From an uncultured delta proteobacterium (GTDB lineage: Bacteria > Desulfobacterota > Binatia > DP-6), in NCBI GenBank assembly GCA_963815115.1, contig CAWFFN010000005.1, positions 704,001-768,000 on the forward strand: a DNA stretch of 64,000 nucleotides, written 5' to 3'. The position numbers and the translations under genes are program-made. The notes below the pieces were generated by a model. That model had not been told where the DNA came from. It did no database searches and worked only from the letters and a program-made list of their open reading frames with translations. Shown in pieces: positions 40,288 through 48,045 of this stretch (position 1 is the first letter of the stretch; every line of letters begins with the position of its first letter).

Positions 40288-41097
40288 ATGATGGACGCCG
40301 AGCTGCTCGGACTTCGGGACCGCGCCGCGCTGGTCACGGGTGCCGGCATGGGCATCGGCAAGGCGTGCGCGCTGCTGCTCGCCCGCGCCGGCGCGCGCCT
40401 CGTGGTCGCCGACCGTGACCTGACCGCCTGCGAGCGCACGGCGGGCGAGCTCCGCGCCCTGGGAGGAACGGCCATCGCGCTGGCGACCGACGTGCGCATG
40501 GCTCCCGAGGTGGAGGCGCTGGTGGCGGCGGCGGTCGACGGTCTCGGCACGCTCGACGTCTGCGTGCACAACGTCGGGGGGCTGGCGGGGCAGCCCGTCC
40601 AGCCGTTCCTCGACACACCGGTCGAATCCTTCGACGCGATCGCCGGGAACAACCTGCGCGCCACCTGGCTCTGCTGCCACGCCGCCGCGCGTGCCATGGT
40701 CGCCGGCGGCAGGCCCGGCAGCATCGTGAACGTGGCCTCGGTCGCGGCGCTGCGCGCCGTGCGCGGGATCGCCGCCTACGGCGCCGCCAAGGCGGCCGTC
40801 ACCAACCTCACCTTGCAGCTCGCCGTGGAGCTGGGGAGCCACGGCATTCGCGTGAACGCCGTGGCGCCGGCGACGACGGTGACCGAGCTGATCCGGGATC
40901 GGGTCGAGCGCGGCGAGTTTCGCGCCATCGAGGAAGCCAACCCGCTGGGCCGCCTGGCGACGCCGGACGACGTCGCCGGCGCGGTGGTGTTTCTCGCCTC
41001 GGACCTGGCGCGCTACGTGACCGGGCAGACGATCGTGGTCGACGGCGGTATCTCGTCGACGACGCGGCGCCTGGATCCGATGGCCCGCCGGAGCTAG
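40288..41097 (+). CDS. Short-chain dehydrogenase/reductase
   Basis: TGAGMGIG, YGAAK, VNAVAP, TGQTIVVDGG. Confidence 0.93.
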   Translation: MMDAELLGLRDRAALVTGAGMGIGKACALLLARAGARLVVADRDLTACERTAGELRALGGTAIALATDVRMAPEVEALVAAAVDGLGTLDVCVHNVGGLAGQPVQPFLDTPVESFDAIAGNNLRATWLCCHAAARAMVAGGRPGSIVNVASVAALRAVRGIAAYGAAKAAVTNLTLQLAVELGSHGIRVNAVAPATTVTELIRDRVERGEFRAIEEANPLGRLATPDDVAGAVVFLASDLARYVTGQTIVVDGGISSTTRRLDPMARRS

Positions 41098-41495
41098 CGG
41101 GGGAGGGCGGGTCGGCGCGCGCCCGACTCGGCCAAGGCGTGCCCGCGCCCGAACTGAGAGAGCAGAACCAGCCCGCCCGCGACGACGACGGCGACGCCCA
41201 CGCCCCGGGTGAGCGCGCTGCCCAGCGCAGCGGGCGCGGCGAGCGTTGCCAGCCCGGCGAGGAGCGTCACGACGCTCGCCGGAAGCAACCACCAGGCGGT
41301 CTCCCGCACCCGCAGGGCGCCCACCAGGTTGATCCCGCCGGCGACGACGGCGAGCGCGGCCAGGGTGTAGAGCAGGACCAGGCCCGTCACGGACGCGACC
41401 GTCTCGGGCAGAGCGACGAGGGCGATTCCCGCGCAGAGCAGCAGCGCGCCGCGCAGGCGGCGGCCGTCATCCCGGCCATACCGAGGAGTCGTCAT
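41094..41495 (-). CDS. Small membrane protein (DUF308/HdeD-like)
   Basis: Four hydrophobic segments in a repeated helical-hairpin pattern. Confidence 0.6.
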   Translation of the reverse strand: MTTPRYGRDDGRRLRGALLLCAGIALVALPETVASVTGLVLLYTLAALAVVAGGINLVGALRVRETAWWLLPASVVTLLAGLATLAAPAALGSALTRGVGVAVVVAGGLVLLSQFGRGHALAESGARRPALPR

Positions 41496-41510
41496 GCTGC
41501 TTCCTGGAGG

Positions 41511-41526
41511 AGCAAGCGCCGTGCCG
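41511..41526 (-). promoter_or_regulatory. Putative sigma54 -24/-12 promoter
   Basis: Minus strand CGGCACGGCGCTTGCT vs consensus TGGCACGNNNNTTGCW. Confidence 0.55.
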
Positions 41527-41648
41527 ACCGACGTGGCGCGGGCCCAGGCGCCCGAATTCACGACGCTGGACGGCGCGTCCGAGGCCCGCCGTCTCCCTTT
41601 TTCCCATGCGGGCCCCGACTCCGTGCAAAATCGACACGACCGTGGCGC

Positions 41649-42977
41649 TCAGAGCGGTCCGCGGACCTCGGTCTCGAGCGGCCCCGCGTCGCGGCGGGCG
41701 TCGAGCGGCAGGTAGCTGCGCTCGCCGTGTCCGGCGTAGATCTGCTTCGGCCGGGCGATGCGCTGCTCCTCGTCGAGCACCATCTCCGCCCACTGCGCCA
41801 TCCAGCCCGCCGTGCGCGGGATGGCGAACAGCACCGGGAACATCTCCACGGGGAAGCCCATGGCGTCGTAGATGATGCCCGAATAGAAGTCGACGTTCGG
41901 GTAGAGACGTCGCTTGACGAAGTAGTCGTCCTCGAGCGCGATGCGCTCGAGCTCCAGAGCGACGTCGATGAGCGGGCTCTTTCCGGTCACCTCGAAGACC
42001 TGGTACGCCGCATCCTTGATGATCTTGGCGCGCGGGTCGTAGTTCTTGTAGACCCGGTGCCCGAAGCCCATCAGGCGCCGCTCGCCGGCCTTCACCTGCT
42101 TGATGAGCTCGGGGATGTGTCGCGTCGAGCCGATCTCCCGGAGCATGTGCACCACTTCCTCGTTGGCGCCGCCGTGACGGGGTCCGGAGAGCGCCGCGGC
42201 AGCGGCCGCGACGACCGAGTAGGGATCGGCGAGCGCGCTGCCCACCACCCGCGCCGCGGTGCTGGAGCAGTTCTGCTCGTGATCGGCGTGCAGGATGAAG
42301 AGCAGATCGAGCGCCTGCTCGAGCACCGGGTTGGGCCTGTACTTGAGCTCGGTCATCTTGAAGAGCATCGAGAGAAAGTTGCCGGTGTAGGAGAGGTCGT
42401 TGTCGGGATAGTTGTAGGGCAGCCCGCGACTGTTGCGGTAGGCGAACGCGGCGATGGTCGGCATCTTGCCGATCAGGCGGCGCGTCTGTACGCGGCGCGA
42501 CTCGAGGTCCATGACGTTCTTCGCGTCGGGATAGAACGTGGACAGGGCGCCGACCGTTCCCACCAGCATGCCCATCGGGTGCGCGTCGTACCGGAAGCCC
42601 TGCATGAAGCGCTTCAGGTTCTCGTGCACCATCGTGTGCATCGTGATGTTGTGCTGCCACATGGCGAGGTGGCTCGTCGTCGGCAGCTCGCCCTTGACGA
42701 TGAGATACGCGGTCTCGAGATACGTGCTCTTCTCCGCGAGCTCCTCGATGGGGTAGCCGCGGTAGCGCAGGATGCCGCGGTCGCCGTCGATGTAGGTGAC
42801 CTTGCTGCGGCACGACGCGGTGTTCATGAACGCCGGGTCGTAGCTCACCAGACCGGGGTCGTCGGGCCCCAGCTTGATGCGGGAGAGCTCCGTGGCGCGG
42901 ACCGCGCCGTCCTCGATCGGGAGCGTGTACTCCTTGCCGGTCCGGTTGTCCTTCACCGTCAGCGTGGACTCTGCCAT
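41649..42977 (-). CDS. gltA: Citrate synthase
   Basis: GILRYRGY, HADHEQNCS, GPRHGGA, GFGHRVY, PNVDFYSG. Confidence 0.97.
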   Translation of the reverse strand: MAESTLTVKDNRTGKEYTLPIEDGAVRATELSRIKLGPDDPGLVSYDPAFMNTASCRSKVTYIDGDRGILRYRGYPIEELAEKSTYLETAYLIVKGELPTTSHLAMWQHNITMHTMVHENLKRFMQGFRYDAHPMGMLVGTVGALSTFYPDAKNVMDLESRRVQTRRLIGKMPTIAAFAYRNSRGLPYNYPDNDLSYTGNFLSMLFKMTELKYRPNPVLEQALDLLFILHADHEQNCSSTAARVVGSALADPYSVVAAAAAALSGPRHGGANEEVVHMLREIGSTRHIPELIKQVKAGERRLMGFGHRVYKNYDPRAKIIKDAAYQVFEVTGKSPLIDVALELERIALEDDYFVKRRLYPNVDFYSGIIYDAMGFPVEMFPVLFAIPRTAGWMAQWAEMVLDEEQRIARPKQIYAGHGERSYLPLDARRDAGPLETEVRGPL

Positions 42978-43153
42978 GGCCCACTTCTACCCTCGCGAAG
43001 GGGCATGGTGAAGCGGCACCGGGACCGCGCCGAACCCCCTCGAACGGGGCCCGTCGCCAAAGCGTCGCCCGCCCGACGCCGAGGATTCGCGGCGCGATCA
43101 CCTGCGGGTAACGGAGGGTGGCTACCCTCGGATGGCGAAGGAGGAGGTCGTGT

Positions 43154-43909
43154 ATGCGGACCCCGAACGCCCTGCCGATATTGCCTGGCGGCGACGTCGG
43201 GCTGGTCGTGAGCCTGGCCCGGACCGAGGAGGACGTGCGCGCGGCGCAACGCCTGCGCTGGCAGGTTTTCGTCGAGGAGCTGGGAGCGCGTGTCGAGAGC
43301 GAAGCGGGCGGTCTCGACGCGGACCGCTTCGATGCCCACTGCGATCATCTGCTGGTCCGCGAGCGGGACACGGGCGACGTGGTGGGCACCTACCGCATGC
43401 TCCCGCCGGAGCGCGTCGTACGCGCCGGCGGGCTCTACGCGGAGACCGAGTTCCACCTGACCCGCCTGCTCGGCATCGATCGGCTGGTCGAGGTGGGACG
43501 CGCCTGCGTGCGGCACGACTACCGGACGGGTTCCGTGATCTCGCTCCTCTGGACGGGCCTGCTGCGATACCTCCTCGACGGCGGACACGAGTTCGTGATC
43601 GGGTGCGCCAGCATCGGGCTCGGCGACGACATGGCCCGCGCCGCCGCGCTCTGCCGGCGACTCGTCCTCGAGCACGCGAGCCCGCCCGAGTGGCGGGTCT
43701 TCCCCCGCCGGCCCCTGCCCTGCGAGCCCGCGCCCGCGGTGCACGAGGCGCCGCTCCCGGCGCTCTTGAAGGGCTACCTGCGCCTGGGCGCGTACGTCTG
43801 CGGCGAGCCGGCATGGGATCCGGCCTTCGGCACCGCGGACGTTCTCCTGCTGCTTCCCCTGGAACGGCTGAGTCATCGCCATGCCGCCCGGCTCCTGCGC
43901 GCCGCCTGA
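43154..43909 (+). CDS. olsB: GNAT N-acyltransferase, ornithine-lipid OlsB-like
   Basis: AQRLRWQVFVEE, DRFDAHCDHL, VEVGRACV, LLKGYLRLGA, PAWDPAFGTAD. Confidence 0.88.
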   Translation: MRTPNALPILPGGDVGLVVSLARTEEDVRAAQRLRWQVFVEELGARVESEAGGLDADRFDAHCDHLLVRERDTGDVVGTYRMLPPERVVRAGGLYAETEFHLTRLLGIDRLVEVGRACVRHDYRTGSVISLLWTGLLRYLLDGGHEFVIGCASIGLGDDMARAAALCRRLVLEHASPPEWRVFPRRPLPCEPAPAVHEAPLPALLKGYLRLGAYVCGEPAWDPAFGTADVLLLLPLERLSHRHAARLLRAA

Positions 43910-43916
43910 GACGCGC

Positions 43917-44978
43917 GTGGAGACGCCTCTGCCGGTCCGCTGCTTCCGCGCCGCGGTGTTTCTCGGGCAGGTGTGTCTGGTGTGGCTCGGTGCGGTACTC
44001 GTCGCGCCGCGGCTCTCGACGGCGAGGCGTGCGCGACTGAATGCACGGCTGGCCGCCCAGACGCTGGGTATCCTCCAGGTGCGCGTGCGCCGGCTCGGCG
44101 CCATGCCGTACGCCGACGGCCCGCTGCTGCTCGTCGCCAACCACGTCTCGTGGCTGGACGTCTACGCGCTCAACGCCACGGTCGGCGGGCCGCGCTCGGT
44201 CGCGAAGTCGGAGGTCGCGCGCTGGCCGATGGCCGGCGGCATCGCGCGCGGCTTCGGCACGTTTTTCCACGTGCGCGGCAGCTACCGCGATGCGGCCTGG
44301 GTGAAGGATGCGGTTGCCGTGGCCCTGCGGCGTGGCGAGCCCGTGGTCGTCTTCCCCGAGGGCACCACGAGCGAAGGCGGCCGGGTCGGCCGCTTCCATG
44401 CTGCATTCTTCCAGGCGGCCGTGGACGCCGGCGTCCCGGTGCAGCCGGTCGCGATCCACTATCCCACGCCGGACGGCGCTCCCGACCCGGCGGCCGCGTT
44501 CGTCGGCGAGATGACGTTCGTCGAGTCGCTCGCGCGCGTGCTGCGCCGGCGGCGGCTCGATACCCGCCTCACCTTCGGTCCGGTGCTGCCGAGCGCGGGA
44601 CGCACGCGGCGCGAGCTGGCGGCGCTCAGCCATGCCTTCATCGCGCTGGCGCTCGCCTGCCGGGCGGCAGTCGAAACCGCGCACACCGGCCATCCGCGCG
44701 CGTCTGGCGCGCGCCGCCTAGACATGACCCTCGACAGCCCGGATCGCATCGCATATGAGCCTGCGCGCCGCGGTGCGCCTCCGCGGCGGGAGGGTGAACG
44801 ATGCGACGGGTCGCTGGCGTCGTGCTGCTGGGTGCCATGCTGGCCCTCGGGGTCGCCTGCGCCGCGCCGTCGGCGGTGCCGGCAGCAGCGCCTCCGGCGC
44901 GCAGCCCGCTCGCGGCAGTTCGCCAGGGAATGCTACCCGCGGACGTGCGCAAGATCGCCGGGGCACCCACGGCGGTGA
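43917..44978 (+). CDS. Lysophospholipid acyltransferase, OlsA-like (true end probably ~44721; possible frameshift)
   Basis: NHVSWLD, AKSEV, FPEGTT motifs; ORF runs ~100 aa past the domain and overlaps the next gene. Confidence 0.82.
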   Translation: METPLPVRCFRAAVFLGQVCLVWLGAVLVAPRLSTARRARLNARLAAQTLGILQVRVRRLGAMPYADGPLLLVANHVSWLDVYALNATVGGPRSVAKSEVARWPMAGGIARGFGTFFHVRGSYRDAAWVKDAVAVALRRGEPVVVFPEGTTSEGGRVGRFHAAFFQAAVDAGVPVQPVAIHYPTPDGAPDPAAAFVGEMTFVESLARVLRRRRLDTRLTFGPVLPSAGRTRRELAALSHAFIALALACRAAVETAHTGHPRASGARRLDMTLDSPDRIAYEPARRGAPPRREGERCDGSLASCCWVPCWPSGSPAPRRRRCRQQRLRRAARSRQFARECYPRTCARSPGHPRR

Positions 44979-45154
44979 AGCCGTACATCACCGGCAAGGC
45001 CCTCGTTCCATGGTACTCCGGGCCCGATCGCACCCGGACCGCGTACTACTACAAGGGACAGGGCCGGGTGATCTTCTCGGGCGACGGCGCCAGTGCGGAC
45101 AGCCGGGTGCTCGAGGTGCAGTACGATCCGGGCGACCCGGGCTCGCCAAGGTAG
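44801..45154 (+). CDS. Hypothetical lipoprotein (SmpA/BamE-like fold possible)
   Basis: GGAGG RBS, lipobox GVAC, VRQGM...VRKIAGAP pattern. Confidence 0.75.
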   Translation: MRRVAGVVLLGAMLALGVACAAPSAVPAAAPPARSPLAAVRQGMLPADVRKIAGAPTAVKPYITGKALVPWYSGPDRTRTAYYYKGQGRVIFSGDGASADSRVLEVQYDPGDPGSPR

Positions 45155-45174
45155 TCTCGCCGGTAGTCTCGCCA

Positions 45175-45200
45175 CCATCCGCTCTCCCGGGGCGTTCGTA
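45175..45200 (+). promoter_or_regulatory. Putative SigK-type ECF promoter
   Basis: CCATCC-N16-CGTA; second copy GCATCC-N16-CGTA at 46482. Confidence 0.6.
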
Positions 45201-45255
45201 CCCTCTACGACGACCAGGCGCGGCTCCCGAGCCGTCGCCCCGAGGAGGGACCGCG

Positions 45256-45666
45256 ATGTCGGACCGGATGCACGGACTCGAGAGCGTCGAGGCGCTCTTC
45301 GCCCCCGAGCAGCTTCTCCCGACGCAGTACGGCCCCGCTCGTCGCAACACCCGGGCGTGCGGCGAGCGGGCGCTGATGCTGGCGGTGCTCGAGGATGCGA
45401 TCCGTTGCCTCGAGGACGGTCCCCGGCGCGACGCGCGCGCCGCCCGCGAGACCGAGGCGTGGATCCGCTCCGACGACGAGGAGTGGCCCTTCTCGTTCCT
45501 GAATCTGTGCGCCAACCTGGAGATCGACGCCGGCCAGCTGCGCCGCGCACTGCTGCAGCGCGTGGCCGGTCGACGAACCCCCGTGCGCGAGCGCGGCAGG
45601 TCGAGCCGGGCGCCCGGATGGCCGACTTGCCCCGACCTGCCGCGCAGGGCTAGCTGCGTCGGGTGA
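45256..45666 (+). CDS. Small hypothetical protein, paralogue of 21048..21368
   Basis: GAGGAGG RBS; GERALMLAVLEDAIRCL...WIRSDDEEWPFSFLNLCANLEID. Confidence 0.8.
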   Translation: MSDRMHGLESVEALFAPEQLLPTQYGPARRNTRACGERALMLAVLEDAIRCLEDGPRRDARAARETEAWIRSDDEEWPFSFLNLCANLEIDAGQLRRALLQRVAGRRTPVRERGRSSRAPGWPTCPDLPRRASCVG

Positions 45667-46475
45667 TCCGGTCCCGCTGGCGTTCCCTCCTCATGCTCAC
45701 AGCGCTCGCCGCGGTCGTGGCGAGCTCGACATCCCTCGCGGCCGGCGCCCCGAGGCTGCTGGCCCTCACCGAGGACGGTGGCCTTCTGGTGCTGCGCGCG
45801 GACCATCCCACCGAGGTCCAGCGTCTCCAGCCCCAGGGTCTCAGCGGACGTCTTCTCGGCATCGACATGCGGCCCGCCGACGGGAAGCTCTACGGCATCA
45901 CCAGTACCAACGACGTGTACCGAATCGACCCCGCCACCGGTGCCGCGACGCAGGTCAGCTCGCTCACCGTGCCGTTCGACGGTGACGTTCGCTCGGGCGT
46001 CGACTTCAACCCGCAGGCGGACCGCCTCCGGCTGGTGAGCCGCGACGGCCAGAACCTGCGCGTCAACGTCCTCCTCGGCGCCACCGCCGTCGACGGCGCG
46101 CTGGCCTTCCGTGCGGGAGACCCCAACGCGGGCAAGCGACCCCGGGTGACGGCCGCGGCGTACACGCACAACGTCGCGGATGCGCCCGATACGAAGCTCT
46201 TCGACATCGACTCCGACCTCGACATCCTGGTGCTGCAGGACCCGCCGAACGACGGGCAGCTCGCCACCGTCGGCCCACTCGGGATCGACTTCGGGCCGCT
46301 CGGCGGCTTCGACATCATCACCGACGCGGCCGGGCACGACGAGGCATGGGCGGCGTCGGGATCCACGCTCTATGGCGTCGATCTCACCAGCGGGGCGGCA
46401 CGCCCCAGCGGGACCATCGGGGATGGCCGCGCCAGCATCATCGGCCTGGCCGCCGCAGGTCCCGCGGCGCCCTGA
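45663..46475 (+). CDS. DUF4394 domain secreted protein
   Basis: Signal peptide; GIDMRPADGKLY, DFNPQADRLR, AAAYT, QDPPNDGQL. Confidence 0.88.
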   Translation: MIRSRWRSLLMLTALAAVVASSTSLAAGAPRLLALTEDGGLLVLRADHPTEVQRLQPQGLSGRLLGIDMRPADGKLYGITSTNDVYRIDPATGAATQVSSLTVPFDGDVRSGVDFNPQADRLRLVSRDGQNLRVNVLLGATAVDGALAFRAGDPNAGKRPRVTAAAYTHNVADAPDTKLFDIDSDLDILVLQDPPNDGQLATVGPLGIDFGPLGGFDIITDAAGHDEAWAASGSTLYGVDLTSGAARPSGTIGDGRASIIGLAAAGPAAP

Positions 46476-46481
46476 TGGCCT

Positions 46482-46507
46482 GCATCCGTCCTCGACGCCC
46501 GAACGTA
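46482..46507 (+). promoter_or_regulatory. Putative SigK-type autoregulatory ECF promoter
   Basis: GCATCC-N16-CGTA upstream of the sigma gene. Confidence 0.6.
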
Positions 46508-46561
46508 GTACAGGTAGCGCTCGTGCGTTGTCTCTTTTGCCTGTGCTAGGGGGAACGGCGT

Positions 46562-47143
46562 CTGCACGGGACTTCTGAAGACGCTGCCGATCGCCCCCCC
46601 CAGGCGGATGAGCGATTGCTGAGCGCCGCGGCCGGGGATCCGTCCGCTTTGGGACTGCTCTATGATCGATATGGAAAACTCGTCTACGGCTTGGCACTTG
46701 CGATCCTCGGCTCCCGCCAGGAGGCAGAGGATCTCACCCAGGAGATCTTCCTGACCGTGTATGAGCACACCGGCTATGACCCGGGCCGGGGCTCGGTGAG
46801 TGCCTTTCTCACCACGATGACGCGCTCGCGGGCGATCGACCGCCTGCGGCGACGAGGGCGCTCGGTGCGGCTGCTGCGAACGTGGCACGAGGCCACCCCG
46901 CCGGCGCGAGGGCCCGTCACCCCCCTGGAGCGCGTCTCGATGCAGCAGTGCTCCGAGCGCGTCCGTGCCGCGCTGGAGGCGCTCCCCGAGGCGGAGCGGC
47001 AGGTACTCGAGCTCGCCTACTTCAGGGGTTTCAGTCAGGCCGAGATCGCCGCCGACCTCGACACTCCGCTCGGAACCGTCAAGAGCCGCTCCCGGCGTGC
47101 CCTGATGGCCCTCAAGCAGGCCCTCGGCGACCTGATGGGATGA
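46562..47143 (+). CDS. ECF sigma factor, SigK-like (start CTG 46562 or TTG 46616)
   Basis: LYDRYG, EAEDLTQEIF, YDPGRGS, LAYFRGFSQAEIA, PLGTVKSR. Confidence 0.93.
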   Translation: MHGTSEDAADRPPQADERLLSAAAGDPSALGLLYDRYGKLVYGLALAILGSRQEAEDLTQEIFLTVYEHTGYDPGRGSVSAFLTTMTRSRAIDRLRRRGRSVRLLRTWHEATPPARGPVTPLERVSMQQCSERVRAALEALPEAERQVLELAYFRGFSQAEIAADLDTPLGTVKSRSRRALMALKQALGDLMG

Positions 47144-47147
47144 CGGG

Positions 47148-47867
47148 ATGAGCGAGCCTCTCGACGCCTCCGAGGACCGGCTGGTCCAGTACGTGCTCGG
47201 CGAGCTGCGCCGTGACGAGGCGCAGGCGCTCGAACGCCGGCTGGGCGAGGACGACGCGCTGGCTGCGGAGGTGTGGCGGCTGAGGCAGGTTCTCGATCTC
47301 ATGCCGTATGCGTCGATCGCGGAGCCGCCGCCCGCGCTGCGCGACCGCATCCTGACCACCGCCGCCGCGCGCCAGGCACGGACGGTCAAGCCGCGCGCGC
47401 CGCGCCGCATCGTGTGGAGCCGCTTCGCGGCCGCGGCGGCGGCCACCCTGGCTCTGGCGTTCGGCTTCGACGCCTACCGCACGCGACAAGAGCTGGCGCT
47501 GCAGCGCGAGGTCACCGCGACGCTGCAGGAGCCGAACGTGATGCGCTCCTTCGCGATGGCCGGAACCGGCACGGCGGGCGGGGCGGTCGGCCGCGTCGCT
47601 CTCGATCTCGACGCCAAGCGGGGCGCGGTGGTGTTGAAGGGCATGCCCGTCCTGCCGGCGGGAGAGGTCTACCGGCTGTGGGCGAAGGTGGCGGACAAGA
47701 GCGTTCCCTGCGGCCAGTTCACGGCCAGCGACGACGGTGCCGTCGTGGCGCAGTTCGTGGTGCCGGTGGAGTCGTACACCGCCCCGATCGCGAAGCTCTT
47801 CGTCACCGTCGAGCCGTCGGCCCCGTCGGACGTCCCCACCGGGCCGACCGTCATGGTCAGCGTCTAA
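47148..47867 (+). CDS. Anti-sigma factor, RskA-like
   Basis: YVLGEL, PPPALRDRIL, single TM, YRLW, VTVEP...PTGP. Confidence 0.9.
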   Translation: MSEPLDASEDRLVQYVLGELRRDEAQALERRLGEDDALAAEVWRLRQVLDLMPYASIAEPPPALRDRILTTAAARQARTVKPRAPRRIVWSRFAAAAAATLALAFGFDAYRTRQELALQREVTATLQEPNVMRSFAMAGTGTAGGAVGRVALDLDAKRGAVVLKGMPVLPAGEVYRLWAKVADKSVPCGQFTASDDGAVVAQFVVPVESYTAPIAKLFVTVEPSAPSDVPTGPTVMVSV

Positions 47868-47870
47868 GCG

Positions 47871-48039
47871 CGACCCGAGACGCAGTCTCGGGTCGAGAGC
47901 GCAGGCGAGCGTGTGGCGCGCGGTGGATCGTGCGAGCGCCCTGCCGCGCCGGCTTCGCCGGCCGCGGCACGACATCCGCACCGTTCCCCAAGCCTCACCC
48001 TCGCTCTCCCTCCCGACCCGAGACGCAGTCTCGGGTCGG
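47871..48039 (+). repeat. Nested-palindrome repeat copy C (~170 bp, one inner hairpin)
   Basis: CGACCCGAGAC-GCA-GTCTCGGGTCG at both ends; inner TGCCGCGCCGGCTTCGCCGGCCGCGGCAC (47942-47970). Confidence 0.92.
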
Positions 48040-48045
48040 TTCTCT

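Noticed and set aside
21374-48039. Repeat family as a CRISPR array
   Set aside because: Copies are dispersed kilobases apart, have no regular spacers, and no cas genes are present.
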